DNA of 64,000 nucleotides from Minutocellus sp. GHC0000111. Taxonomy: Eukaryota. Shown one piece after another: positions 1 through 12,499 of the stretch. The translations under genes were made by a program, and so were the position numbers. Below the pieces are notes generated by a model. It saw only the letters and a list, made by a program, of their open reading frames with translations, did not search any database and was not told the DNA's origin. Within the stretch, counting starts at the first letter, position 1. The number at the start of each line of letters is the position of its first letter. The stretch lies in NCBI GenBank assembly GCA_977018835.1, contig OZ361260.1, positions 1 to 64,000 of the forward strand, in the 5' to 3' direction.

Positions 1-77
1 TTCATTCAAATATATATCGTCTTATATGTATATAAAGTTACAATGACTACAACTAGCTATCCCTGCTTTCGTATCAG

Positions 78-2698
78 TCAAGGGGAAGCTTGCTCTACCT
101 TGCTACCTCCGTTCTCTACCTTGCTACCTCCGTTTTGTTTTTCCTCATCCGAGAATACTTCCTCCTCTATCCGATTCATCAAGTCGTCGTCGCTATCGGC
201 AGACGAGGCTTTCCTTGCAAATCTTACTTGAGATGAGGTGGACATGGAATTGAGGGAAACTAAAACACTATCGCCGACCCCCGAAATGCGAACATTCGAT
301 TTTGGCCTTGCCTTCCTTCGCCCGTCGGATGGATCTGATTGACCTGTAGTCTCGCGATTATCTCTCACTTGTATTAATCTTGGTATAACGAATGCACACG
401 AGCTAAACACAGATCCCCATAAGATGCCAATGGCAATCAAAATGCGCTTAGATACTTGGCCGGTAGTCATGACATTTGTAACGATGCTACGACGGCGATG
501 TTATACATGGCGAGGATAAGTTGGCGTGATTCGCCGAAGTCTCCTTGTAAGTTCCTCGTCTTGAACGCTAGGACACAACCGGCAACAACCATGCCGCCTT
601 CGAAGAACATTTGAACGATGAACAAAGCATTGGTATCATGAGAGCAGGTTACACGCTGCTGGACATTACCGCCCGTCATCGAGATCTCCTCATGCGACTT
701 GCTCGGATCAACAAAAGAAAATATGAGAAGGATAATGACTTGCGCAAAGACAAGGGGCAGAGTCATCAAGAATGCTTTTCTGTGTGAGATCTTTACCCTC
801 TGCAAGCTGTTTCCGCCAACAAGCTTCATCATTCGATATGTTTTGACAAGAAGGGGGGTGAGAGAAACAACGAAGAACAGATGGAACATCCACATTCGAA
901 GCATACAGAGAGAGTTGGTGTTGGGGCCCAAGAACGAGAGAGATGCGGTGTTCAGTAGGGCGCATCCCAAGATAAAGCCGCCGGTGAATCTCCAGTCGCT
1001 CGCGATGACGGTCTTCTCCATTCGGTGCTGAAAGAATTCAAACAACAGAACAAGACACACGACAACACCAATCACAGCGACTGCTATAAGGAGCCCGAAT
1101 AATGTGTCCCCGGGAAGGATGGTATCTTCACTGCTCAGCTGAGCAGGAGAAAGGATCATTACCCTCCATTTCAATCCAGCATCTGGAACGTTGAAGATTT
1201 CAGTCTGACTCGCATATGCTTTTGCATCGCTACTGTCATCGGCCTTTACCGAAACCAGATTTGTCTCAGGAAATCCTTCTTCCCGTTGACGTAAGAAAGC
1301 TTTCCATAGTACAGCGTCCATGTCTGTTTCGGCCATGTCTTCAATTGAAACCCTGACGGCTTTGCAATCCGCGCTCTCTTGCTCGGGGCAGGGCTGCTGA
1401 GGATCCGACGCGCGCACCTTGCTCGCGCCATTGCTTCCGGTGCTACTTGCGATGAGGTAGTGGGGAGCTTCGGCTTCAAATATGGCCACCTCAACTGTTG
1501 AATCACGGTAATTGTCAACTAAGAACTCCGTGATGTTGTCGAACGTATAATCGACAGCTACAACTCCCTCAAACACATTGCGACCTTCATCATCTAGAGA
1601 ATAAATTGGTTGGGAGAACGTGATGCCCATTGCTAATGTAGTGAAGAATGGGTAAGGCGGCGACCAGTTGGATTTCTGCATAGCACGTGTTGATTCATGC
1701 CAACCTCTAAATCGCGGATCGTAATCGCGGTCCTGGTAGGCACCTTTGAATACATCAGCGCAGACGGCTCCGTCACCGCCACACATGGCATAGTCTCCGC
1801 TGAGGGAACGATTGACCAGAGTCGTCGCGTCCTTATAGTAGCAGCTACCTAGCACATCGGTGTCCTTCTTGGCGATTTCACCTGGCACTTGCGATGCCAC
1901 GCCGGTCTCATCAATGCAGTAGGTCGACCGGGGGACATATCCAAGAGTTACAGTTGGCGGTGAAGCTTCTGGTGCCGCCTTGCGGACATATTGCCGACAC
2001 CACTTTATGTTTGCTTCGCACTCGGCACGCTCTGCATCAGTGCTGGTCTCACCGATACAGTCTCTCTGGGATGCTCCATCTGGACATCTGGCTAGAGAAC
2101 AACCGTTGATGCATTCGATATATGGTCCTCCGGGGCTCATCACACAATCCTCTTGGTTTCCTTCATCATCGACGCAACTTTGGAAGTGCTTGACCATTTC
2201 GGTGTCGGTAGGCTGTCCAGATTCGTCATCAATCGCATATCCACTTTCACCTGGCTCGCGATAGTTGGCGATTCGACTAGCAAATCCATGTCCGACAAAC
2301 ACGCCGTCCTCTAGGCCATAATATATGGACTCAAAGTGGGGATACTGCGACAAGAGGGCGTCGTTCAACCGCATGTAAGCGTTCCGATCGGGCGCTGTCA
2401 TGTCATGGGGAAATCCATGGTTGGCACGAAATTCGGATATTATCCGGGCGATGGATATCGGATCCTTCATAAACTGCGCAACCTTTTCATTGACGCGTCG
2501 AGATATCTCAAAGTTCCATTCAGCGGCAGAGACGACGGTGCCGGGAAGGGATGACGACAGTAGGAGAGCAACGAGTAGCACCAAAACACCCCTGCTCGAG
2601 CACATTCCGGCCGAGATCATCGTCGTGGGCATCATCCTCTGCCTTGAACGGTGTTGCGGGCATGGAGCGTTGTGCATACCGGTAGGTCTGTTGTGCAT
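78..2698 (-). CDS. Class C (GABA-B-like) 7TM GPCR with an N-terminal Cache-type sensor and a Cys-rich insert; frameshifted between TM6 and TM7
   Basis: Signal-like hydrophobic segment. Cache motifs SIYYGLEDGVFVG, YDPRFRGW, WSPPY and GVVAVD. 7TM motifs CMLRMW, LLVKTYR and LAFKTRNL..FGES. ORF 467-2698 stops after NIAVVAS; TM7 (ILIAIGILWGSVFSSCAFVIPRL) and the tail are in ORF 78-470 in another frame, with no room for an intron. Confidence 0.85.
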
Positions 2699-2748
2699 GA
2701 GCGATTCGTTCAGTCTATCATGATGATTTCATTCGGAGCACGCCACGG

Positions 2749-3675
2749 TTGAAATATCGACGCGAGTACAACGAAGAGGGTGGCTTCGCCGCCGAACAAG
2801 CCCAAGCAAGGAAGTACTTGCATCATGACATATTGCGTGCCGACTTTCGCGGTACCGCTACCGTTTCATCTCATTCTGATGAAGATGATTCATTCTCAGA
2901 GATGAGCATAGCAACCGCCGACGCAAAGCCAAGCGGCGAGAGGAGAAAGCCCGTGAGCTCATTCGACCTTCCCTCCGCCACGCCCATGGTAACAAGTCCA
3001 ATGTCAGTTCATACTCAGTATGCTCTTACCCCAAGCCGCTCATGCCCGTCGTTCAGCAACCTTCAATTGTCATCCCCTACCATCTTGGAGCCCTTGCCTC
3101 CAACCGAACCAACCGAACGACAGATTGAACGAGAGGTTGAGGAACATCGGAGGCTTGCGTGCTTTTTGACGTACGGAGAAGCACCACTACCACAAGATAT
3201 AAAGAACTACAAGTCACCCACATGTCAGAGGCCCGAACCAAGAAGAAAAGAGAAAGGGGTCTACCTCCCCTTCAAACAAGTTCCTGGTTGGGGTAGCGAG
3301 GTCGCGGTCACCACAGTGCTAGGCATGATCGAAGTCGATCGCCAAGTAAGAGAGGGTCGTGGTGCCTACCCGAAAGGGTGGAGAAGCAGAGAACTTGGAT
3401 TGTATGATAACAAGACAATAGAATTCTCTATTGCATTATCTACTGACAAGATTGCATTAGATGCATATAAGTTGGGATATGAGGATGGGAGTAAACAACC
3501 AACTGCTCACCCTGCCCTCACTGACAATAAACTTGCCGATGCATATGGTGTGAAGCGCGGAAAGATTCGTCAGTCCCTCCACGCTGTGTGGCTTTCTAAT
3601 GATCATAAGAAGGCCAAGGAGGCAAAAAAGAATACCGGTAGAAATAGAAGAACAAAGAAGCCCACCGTGACATAA
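2749..3675 (+). CDS. Hypothetical Ser/Pro-rich protein with a basic tail, convergent on the transposase; possibly transposon-associated
   Basis: 308-codon ORF with a non-ATG start in the track (first Met about 2902). No recognisable domain. Confidence 0.35.
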   Translation: MKYRREYNEEGGFAAEQAQARKYLHHDILRADFRGTATVSSHSDEDDSFSEMSIATADAKPSGERRKPVSSFDLPSATPMVTSPMSVHTQYALTPSRSCPSFSNLQLSSPTILEPLPPTEPTERQIEREVEEHRRLACFLTYGEAPLPQDIKNYKSPTCQRPEPRRKEKGVYLPFKQVPGWGSEVAVTTVLGMIEVDRQVREGRGAYPKGWRSRELGLYDNKTIEFSIALSTDKIALDAYKLGYEDGSKQPTAHPALTDNKLADAYGVKRGKIRQSLHAVWLSNDHKKAKEAKKNTGRNRRTKKPTVT

Positions 3676-3751
3676 ACAAACCAATGCTGCTGCATCTTAC
3701 ATGTAGACGTGTAACATTTATTTAATACATGTGTAAAGACATTAACACTAT

Positions 3752-5390
3752 CTATTTATTAGAAGGATGACGAGCTGAGGGCTCCATCCCCTTGGCCGTT
3801 TCGTTGAAGTCGATCCTAATTCCAGTGTGCAAGTTTTCGTCACCCAACCTTCCAACAAACTCATTGCTACCACCGGCCTTAATCACCAGGCCCATTATCC
3901 TCCAGTACTGAATGAAGGCCGAAGCAATTTTGCAGTTAGGCATGCTATCGTAAACGTCCTCGGCAGTGTCCCAGATCTGGTCGGTGGAAATGACGGAGGT
4001 GCCTACCATTTTTCGTGCCCATTCCGAGTGCCGCCGGCTCATCGCGGGGAACACGCTCAAGTCAAGGACGTTGGCGTGAGGCATCTGCGGTGCCTGTGGC
4101 TGCCACGTCCAGCCTTGCTCAGCACATAAGTTAGTAACAAATTGCGTGAAGGTTCCGTCCTCGGGAGGCCCGGCCTGGTCGCCCTGGATAATAACATGGC
4201 AATCTTCGTATTGCTTGCCCGGACCGACAAGGTTGAGAATCGCTGGGAAAATAGTCTCCTTGAATACGAGGAGCAAAGAGCATTTCGGATCCTTTTTGGT
4301 GCCTTCGTTCGATCCAGTAACGCAACAATCAACAAGAAACGACTCTCCTTTCCGGCGAAGAGGTTCCTTTGGTGTCCCATCGGGGTTGGTATTTGGGTAC
4401 CGTATTGAACCATCAGGCTGTGATACTGCTTCGTACTGAGCTCGCTCCGCTATTTTAGGAGCTTGAGCTCGTACCAGTGGCAGTTTTACAACCTCGCACC
4501 CACTCTCAAGAGAACCGTCAAAGACAGCGGCAACAAATGCAATGGCCATGACCTTGTTGATGTGGCTCCTGTGAAAGGCCGCGTAATCTCGCCTTTTCAC
4601 GCCGATTTCCTCGCAAGCCTTCGCAAAAGCTCGGAGGACGAGACCCCAGAACCATTTCTCATCGTAATGCACGAGGAGAACTCGCTTCTTTCGGTAAATT
4701 GCCGTTCTCATCCTTTATTTTGTTCCTTTTCTTCTCGGCATCGGCCATGGCCTTTTCATCCTTCCGCTTTTCTCGTTGCAAGGCATCCCTTAGCCCTTTC
4801 AAAGCCTCCTCTGCAGCTTTGTATTGCGCTTCGGCCTCAACCAGCAGCACATCCAAATTCTCCTCGGTCGATCCACCAGAATTGGCGGTGCCGGTAGCAG
4901 AAACACCGACACTGGCAGGATTGCCAGGTTCTTCACTGTTGCCGCTTCCATCCACCACCATGGACTCGGCGATGCCCCCAGCTTCGATATTATCATCACC
5001 AGGACGAGCAGCGATACCAGCATTGTCCTCGACCGTCGGCTCAGGGCTGGCATCGGCGTTATTGGATGACGAATTGCGCCGAGCAATTTGAATTTGAGAA
5101 ATCGGCACATCTTGTGCCGGATCAGGACCGGTCTGGCTCGGACAGCACAGCTCCTCCTCTCGGGCTTGCTCCATAACATCCTGCTGTTTCTGAAGTGAGA
5201 GGCCCGCCCATGCCCGGTTCGCTATGGTCTGGATCATCCCAGGAGACTTGCCACGAATCGTAGAGGCATCGATGGTGCCGCTCCGATGGACAAAATAATC
5301 AAAGCATGGGATGGAGCTGCCGGACCGACGGGAGCGGCGACATGCTGGCGCGCGCATCAGCTGCGGTGGCAGCAGTAGTAACAGCCATTT
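3752..5390 (-). mobile_element. Disrupted IS630/Tc1/mariner-superfamily DDD transposase, related to the plant/oomycete DD39D type
   Basis: ORF 3752-4711 has HYDEKWF, HINKVMAIAFV, IQGDQAGP and QAPQMPHANVLDLSVF, with 38 residues between the second and third Asp. The upstream ORF 4659-5357 overlaps in another frame. No TIRs identified. Confidence 0.75.
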
Positions 5391-6274
5391 GCATTAATAT
5401 GGTGTTGGATGCAGTATTTTGTGGCAGTAGAGCAACAGTTTGTATGTCGGGTGGGTTGGAAATGAGGAAGGTTTCATTGAGTGGCGGGCGCGCCGGGCGG
5501 GTGATGATTTTTTTTGGCCCGCTCGATTTTGGCGCGGGGTCACCCGGACCGCATAAGATACGCCATTATGGGGACCATGGAGACCGATATCGGAGCTCAA
5601 ACCATATGGCTGCTTGAATCAATGCATTTGGGAGGTGGTGGCGGGGTCGGGAGGTGGAGGAGGTGACCGGTTGTCATCGGAAAAACTGGCAGAAGTCGGG
5701 AGGGGCGATGGATGGGGTGAATCGGCCAGACGCTGGCATGGGAAGATGAAATCGATATCTCCGAGTCGGTCCAAGGTCAAGGACCAACCCGTTCTGGAGA
5801 TATCCCTTGCGTGAAGCGGATGCCGTCGGCACTGCCGTCGCCGCCATCTTGAAGACAGGACGACACTTGCTGCGTGCGTTTGTGCTGATTTTTATGAGAT
5901 TTTGCACGAAGACCCGAAAACCGGGTCCCTGAAACTGCTGTCCGCGACCTCGTAGCTAGAGTAGCAGCTCTGTGCGTGCGTCATCGCGTATTTTGCATAT
6001 CACCTACTACTTGGCAGCATTGCCTTGGCTACCATATTGATGCAAAATATCAGTGCTACGATCGTATTTGTATTTTGTGATTAGCCGGTCCAAAAGCGTC
6101 AATCACATTTCGTGCTCGTTTTGGCAGGCAGGCCGCATTCCTGTCCAATTTTTGGTGCACCCAAGTCAATTCATTAGCTTTCTTGCTTGAACCGACCAGG
6201 CTGGCATCCACAACGCAACGCCAGATCAAAGAAAAGCTGGGTTTATCCTTTATTTTTTTTGCGATCCATAAATC

Positions 6275-9200
6275 ATGGCCGGCTCCTCTACTCCCGCCAC
6301 CGCCGCAACCGCAGCGCCGTACCACTACTCGGTAACCGTCTCGCTCAAGTTTCTCGTCCTGACCCTCCTGTCCACAATTCTCCTTTCCTTCACCATTGGA
6401 CGTGCCTCTCGTCTGTTTTTGCTGGATGGTGTTGTCCGTACATTCGACAAAGACGACGACGACAGCAGCATGTGGGATTCCATTACGGAAATTCATCAGG
6501 CATTGGAAGACCGACAGGTCCGGGCGGCCGAATTGCTGCTGGAGGAACGCCGGCACAAGTTGATGCAGCGGCAGTACGGCGCGCCGACCGGCGGCAGCGG
6601 CAGCGGTGATGGTCGAAATCTGCCCGAGCCCAAATTGGCATCCGGCAAGGAGGCACCGAAAACCATTTATTCCAGCAAGAAATTCGATACCAACCCGGAA
6701 CTGACCGCCAGCAGCTCCGACGTCCACATGGTCAAGAAGCGGTCCGACAATACCGGCGAGGGTTGGACGCAGGTTGCCGATCAGGGTTCGTGCGGTACCG
6801 ATGGTGACGGTGAGGGCAGCTGCTCCCGTGGCAAGAGACCGACTTCATCACCCAATCCCGACATTCGCGAGACCAAGGCCGTCGGGGATACCATGGATGA
6901 GTTTGCCGCCGACGCACAGGCCAATGCCGATGACGAGGAAGAACATCTGCCCGCCGGACAGCACTTGCTCGTGGACATCAAGAACGTCGATGCCAACTTC
7001 CTCAATAGCGAATCGCGTCTGGCCCAGGCCATGGTCGACGTCGTGGCCGAATCCGAACTGACTCTGCTCTCGTATCATTGCCATTCCCTCCAACCCCTCG
7101 GCGTAAGCTGTGTCGGTGTGTTGTTGGAATCTCACGTTAGCTTTCACACATGGCCCACCGAGGGCGTGATTACTCTTGATTTGTTTACTTGTGGAAGCAA
7201 ACCACTGGTTCCCACCATGCCTCTTATTGAGGACAAGTTTGCCGTCCCGATCGAACCCGAGTATGAGGGTGAGCCGATCGAAGAGCCCGTCGTGCTGTGG
7301 AGTCACAAGCTGCGGGGATCCCGCGAGCCCATTGGCCCGCATGGTCAGAAGGATCCCCTTGCGAGCGATCTTGGGGAGTACATGCTCGAGCAGATCGAAT
7401 TCGATCTCAAGAGGGAGGTGAGTTGGTGATGCATAGTACATGCATATTGCATCTATCTGGTGGTTTTCGCCGTTTGCTTTGATTTGCTGAAATAGAATTT
7501 GTTGGCTCTTATATATTTTTTCTCACCCATTACGCATCATGCATCGTGCCCCCAAACTAATCCAACACACAACGACAGATTGTGTCGGTCAAGAGCGAAT
7601 TCCAACGCATCGACGTCTACGAAGTGATCCGGCCTCGCTTCTCAGATGTCATCTCCTACCGCAAATCTCTGTCGAATGATGGTTCGTACGAGGCCACCCA
7701 TCCGGAGCTGTACCGTCCCGACCGCGTTGTCTTTTTGGATGGTGTGATGCAATCGTCAATGTATGGCGACGAAGCCTACCACGAGGCTTTGGTCCATCCC
7801 GGTATGTTTGCGCATCCCAATCCCCGCCGTGTGGCCATCATTGGTGGTGGTGAAGGTGCCACCTTGCGCGAGGTACTCAAGCACAAGACGGTCGATGAAG
7901 TGAAGATGATTGAGATTGATGAGGTCATGGTCAATGTGTCCCATGAGTTCCTGCCATCGTGGTCGGACTGTTCCGCTTTTACCGATACCGATTGGTGCGT
8001 CGAGGAGCCCCGGGCCGACGTGCGATACGAGGATGCGCTCGCGTGGTTCATCGATCGATTCACCGAGGATGGGAGCAAGGTCGACGAGAATACCGATCCG
8101 TTCGATGTCATCATCATGGATGCTTTGGATCCGCAAGATAATGTTCCCTTTGCGGAGGCGTGAGTTTTATGTTATTGGGTGGTTGTCTGGCAATCATTTC
8201 TCGTTTGGGGGTCTTGGGGCTGTATTTTGGCATTCATTTTTCCCTCACAAATCGCGTTTCCCCATTTTTTTCTCCTTCCACCAGCCTCTACGACAACATT
8301 GAATTTTTGGAGGCGCTGTACGATGGCATGACCGATAACGGAGTGATCATTATGCAGCTTGGTGAATCTCCTGGTCTAATGGATCCCGCCGATAGGGTCA
8401 GCAGAGATGAAAAGCGTGCCGCCATTACACGTCTTCTTGAAGAAGTGGGGTTCGAGTCCATGCATGTCTACGAAGAATCTCATTCTGCCTTTGGTTACCC
8501 ATGGAGCTATCTCGTTGCCTTCAAGGCATTTGAGAATCGAGTCAATTGGTACTTGTCGGAGCCGGAAGTCGAGGTGAACATTCACGAACGCATTCTTCCC
8601 ACCAAGGACGGTCAGAGCTCGCTACGCTATTTCGACGGCGCTACCATGGTCAGTTATCAGGTTCCGCATCAGGCTTTTGAAACGGTTTACTGCAGAGATG
8701 AGCCCATGCCCGAGGAGTGCCTGTATTACCGCGGATTCGACCCCGACGAGGACAACATTCCTGTTTCAGCATTCGAGGTAAAGGAAAGTGGCGACAAGGG
8801 ATTTGGTGTTTTTGCCAAGCAAGACATACCTCGTGGAATGATGTTGGGCGCAGAGGAATCCTCCAAGTCAATCAAGCTCACTCCAACATCGACCGACCTG
8901 GTGGAAAGTCTCGGTCACAAGTTCCCTGATGAAGCAAAGTCTCTTATGGATGCTTTTATGAAGTATATTTACTTTTATGGCTTCCAGTCAAGAGTCCACG
9001 GAGCGCCCGAACACCGAGTTGATTCTGGTATCATGACCTTTGTTAACCATGGCTGCGGCGGAACAGCCAACCTTGGCGAGGAAGGCGTGGATGATGCTGT
9101 CTCGGAACACACCGCCGACGCTACGGCCATGCCCAGGAAGCATGGCAATAGTAGTTACGAATCCATACACCAGGTTGCCATCGACCGGCATTTAGATCAG

Positions 9201-9347
9201 TTTATGACTGGTCCCGACTGGTCAATGCGAGATATCGCCAAGGGCGAGGAACTCACCAACAACTATCTCAGCTTTACTGGCTCGGACGCGGACTGGGAAC
9301 ATGATGTCAAGGAGCTACGAAAGTGGTGCTCCAGTGAAACGAAGTAA
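6275..9347 (+). CDS. S-adenosylmethionine decarboxylase / aminopropyltransferase / SET-domain fusion (diatom long-chain polyamine synthesis); exons 6275-7417, 7579-8159, 8285-9347
   Basis: N-terminal TM anchor. Bacterial-type AdoMetDC motifs GQHLLVD and LLESHVSFHTWP. Aminopropyltransferase motifs FLDGVMQS, YHEALVHP, IIGGGEGATLREVLKH and FDVIIMD. SET motifs KGFGVFA, FVNHGC and GEELTNNY. GT-AG introns 7418-7578 (phase 0) and 8160-8284 (phase 2) join the three ORFs in frame. Confidence 0.93.
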
Positions 9348-9412
9348 AAGAAGCGATATAGTGTAATCCTAAAAGTTACGAATAGAAGTCTTATTTGCCG
9401 TCCAGAATCTTC

Positions 9413-11233
9413 TCAATTAGGGTTGTCAAGCATGCCCTGAATGTCGGATGCACGCCTTCCATTCAGCGCTTCAAATCGAACCCACCTCAATAAATTCGTG
9501 TAGATGTCAGTGCTGCATATTGAGTGGTATGCGAAATTGTTCTTCTTGTCGATATCATCGTCAGATCCCTCATGCCGGGGAAAGAGTGCACAAACATTCT
9601 CCTCCAAGACGAAGTCCGTCTCTTTCAGTACTTTGATTGTATGTCTAGTCTCTGCATTGGATCTTTCATACACAAGCATTGGGAGGTTCTTTGCATTTTC
9701 AGGTCCATGCCGACGCAAGGCTTCCACAAAGCTGATAACTTCATATCCCAATGAACCAAGCTCTGAGGATAGAGACGGTGTTTCAAGGACCACTTCTTGG
9801 TTGATTCGTCGCCCCCAAAAGCTCGTTGGACCTCTACTGCTTCTGTCAAAATGATCAAGCCACTTCTTCATTGCATAAAGAATCGGGCCTCGTGAATCAA
9901 CGAGAACATCCGCGAGATCAAGCGCATTTATATAATTTCTGGCTTGGATTGAATAATCACCACCCTTTCTCACCAACATTTCACTGTCAACAAGAATTAC
10001 TCGCAACGTATCAAAGCTGTCCCTGTCTTTGTCGATGCAGTTCTGAATCCGATTGAATCCCTCGGATACTTCGTACAGATCCAAATCCAAATCCGTCGAG
10101 GTTGTGCGCTTGAGAGAAAGCGAGTCCATTTCTCCCGAAGTCGCGTCAGCTTCCAGTATCAACAACTTTGATGGCCTCCCTTCTCGAACTCCACTCGCCG
10201 TCAAATTCACGTTGAAGAGCCAATGGTCGGGCAACACCAAACCTCGCCAAGAGTCGTTGTAGCCATATCGACCATTAGATACTTGCCAATATACCGGAAC
10301 ACGCGGTTTGTCGCTAGCGCTACTACTGCAGGCTCCGTAATTTTGAATCAGAGACTTTACATCCATGCATTCGGAACTTTCATAGATGGGGAAATACCGA
10401 CGGCGCCCTTCTTGTGCCATGCTTAGCAGGGTCACATCTGATGCCTCCCCAGCCAAACGGATCACTACACCCGAATCAATATTCTTTGGATCAGCATCCA
10501 AGTAACCAGTATCAAGTGGAGGTTCTCTTCCATCAAATACTCTTTGATGATAAGATTCTTGGGCCGACTTTCCCAATTGCACCGCCGCCACTACTTGACC
10601 AAGTAGCACTGAACCAGCAATTGCACCACGGATAGACAAACTTCGGATATACCGCATGTAGTTCTCTGGGCTGTGCTTTCTCAATGCCTTGGCATCTACA
10701 TGAATGTGTTTCGTCAATGAAGCGTCGACACTTTCGGCAAAAATTGTAGCCGGCTGAGTTTCCCAAATGAAACTAGGAACAATGTTGTGAATTCCGTATC
10801 GCGCCATGTACTTGCATTTTGTCAAATTGGATAGGTTCTGATTAGAAGGCTTGCCATCGATGGTGTGAAACCAAAACGTGCTCTCGTAGGCTGCCACAGC
10901 AAATATTGCCGATGCACCACCGAAGGCGCTGAGAGGAGTGACGCTCGTGAGCGAATTTATGCCGCCTGCTACAATGCGTTGGAGAGATGCCATTTGCTCG
11001 GTACGAGTCATGCCATTCTCATGGGTGGGTTTGGTGATTACCATGGCTAATTGATCAGCTGCAGGGTTGAACATTTGGCATGTTCTCTGCTGGAATGATG
11101 AGGCAGATCTTGTCTTTTGGCTTCTCCCCCGCAAGCGTATCTTTGGGAGTCCGGGGCCATACCATTTTCTCCCCCCCCCCCCAATTCCCAAAATTAGCTC
11201 ATAACCCAAAACATTACCCTTCTGTACAAACAT
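9413..11233 (-). CDS. Uncharacterised protein with two hydrophobic segments; true start probably downstream (about 11074)
   Basis: 606-codon ORF with globular composition. No family recognised. Confidence 0.6.
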   Translation of the reverse strand: MFVQKGNVLGYELILGIGGGGRKWYGPGLPKIRLRGRSQKTRSASSFQQRTCQMFNPAADQLAMVITKPTHENGMTRTEQMASLQRIVAGGINSLTSVTPLSAFGGASAIFAVAAYESTFWFHTIDGKPSNQNLSNLTKCKYMARYGIHNIVPSFIWETQPATIFAESVDASLTKHIHVDAKALRKHSPENYMRYIRSLSIRGAIAGSVLLGQVVAAVQLGKSAQESYHQRVFDGREPPLDTGYLDADPKNIDSGVVIRLAGEASDVTLLSMAQEGRRRYFPIYESSECMDVKSLIQNYGACSSSASDKPRVPVYWQVSNGRYGYNDSWRGLVLPDHWLFNVNLTASGVREGRPSKLLILEADATSGEMDSLSLKRTTSTDLDLDLYEVSEGFNRIQNCIDKDRDSFDTLRVILVDSEMLVRKGGDYSIQARNYINALDLADVLVDSRGPILYAMKKWLDHFDRSSRGPTSFWGRRINQEVVLETPSLSSELGSLGYEVISFVEALRRHGPENAKNLPMLVYERSNAETRHTIKVLKETDFVLEENVCALFPRHEGSDDDIDKKNNFAYHSICSTDIYTNLLRWVRFEALNGRRASDIQGMLDNPN

Positions 11234-11263
11234 GTATCGACAACTAACTTACCATCACACAGC

Positions 11264-12499
11264 TTGACCTTGCTTGCTGAGCTGAAGCAACATGCCGCCG
11301 TCTCCTTCTTCCAACGCCGCATTCGATCGCTCGACTCGTCGACCTTACCAGCGTCGGGACAAAATTGCGAGTCAAACGCCGCATCGGCTGACGTTGGCAT
11401 GTCGGACAACACCAGCGACGCCGATCCATCATTTCGTCTCATTTCCAAAATTGCCTACGACGGAACGAACTACGAAGGCTTCCAAACCCAAGCAAGCGGC
11501 AATACAATTCAAGACATTCTTGAGACTCGACTTTCCAAGTTATTTGATCATCGCATATATGTTGCAGCGTCCGGGCGGACCGATGCAGGCGTTCATGCAA
11601 AGGCACAAATAATTCATTTTTATGTCCCCAAAAACGCAACGGCCTTGGGCAAACGAGCTGCAGGGCACTTGAGAAAGGCACTGCAGTCGGATAGTTGCAC
11701 TGCTAGCGATATCGTGGCCTTGCTAGAAAGTACGTTGATGGCCGATGCGTGGAGGGTGGAGGGAGGTAGCAAATCACATGGCAAGCTCGGAAAGAATGGC
11801 CAGCTGGCAGACAATGGAAATCTGCCATGTGATATTCAAGTGCTCAGTGTCGTTGAAGCACCATCTCGCAACTTTCATGCCAGAGAGGATTGCGTTGGAA
11901 AACGCTATGTTTATACTATCCAAGAAGGAGATGGTAACCCAATGACGGCGCGTTATCGTTGGAGATTAGGGCGTAGCAAGAGACTTAACGTGCAGAAGAT
12001 GAACGAAGCGGCCGCCCGTTTGATCGGTGAGCATGATTTTTCGACTTTTGGCTTACTTGAAGAGGGAGACAATCGCACACCCCGAAAGAGAATGAGAAGA
12101 TTGGAAGTAAGTCGAATTGAGTCGATCGAGCCATTGGAGGTGGCGGCTGCCGGGGGGATCAATACCGACGCCTCTCCTCCTGATAGTGTGGTGACAATCG
12201 TTGCGGAATGTGATCGTTATTTATACAACATGATGCGCATGATCTCTGGAAGTCTCGTCGAGGTAGGACTTGGCCGGCTTGAACCAGAAGATATCAGTGC
12301 TCTTTTGGAGCGCAAGACTCGGCAAGGCGGGAAAGAGAAGCAGGGAATTCAAATCAGAAAGGCACCTGCGCACGGATTGTGCCTGCACCATTGCTTTTAT
12401 CAGCCGGAGGAGACCGTTGATTCTTGGATGGACTCGGCGTTGGAGCCAGAAATTACAGAAGACGACGTTCAAGCGGCCCTTGCGTTGTTGCAGTTGTAA
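11264..12499 (+). CDS. truA: tRNA pseudouridine synthase A (TruA/Pus family); start uncertain
   Basis: IAYDGTNYEGFQ, catalytic SGRTDAGVHA, FHAR..KRYVY, GEHDFSTF, YNMMRMISG and APAHGLCL motifs. Confidence 0.92.
   Translation: MTLLAELKQHAAVSFFQRRIRSLDSSTLPASGQNCESNAASADVGMSDNTSDADPSFRLISKIAYDGTNYEGFQTQASGNTIQDILETRLSKLFDHRIYVAASGRTDAGVHAKAQIIHFYVPKNATALGKRAAGHLRKALQSDSCTASDIVALLESTLMADAWRVEGGSKSHGKLGKNGQLADNGNLPCDIQVLSVVEAPSRNFHAREDCVGKRYVYTIQEGDGNPMTARYRWRLGRSKRLNVQKMNEAAARLIGEHDFSTFGLLEEGDNRTPRKRMRRLEVSRIESIEPLEVAAAGGINTDASPPDSVVTIVAECDRYLYNMMRMISGSLVEVGLGRLEPEDISALLERKTRQGGKEKQGIQIRKAPAHGLCLHHCFYQPEETVDSWMDSALEPEITEDDVQAALALLQL

Noticed and set aside
93..134. 21-bp tandem repeat
   Set aside because: An in-frame duplication (GGSKVE) in the disordered GPCR tail; unremarkable.
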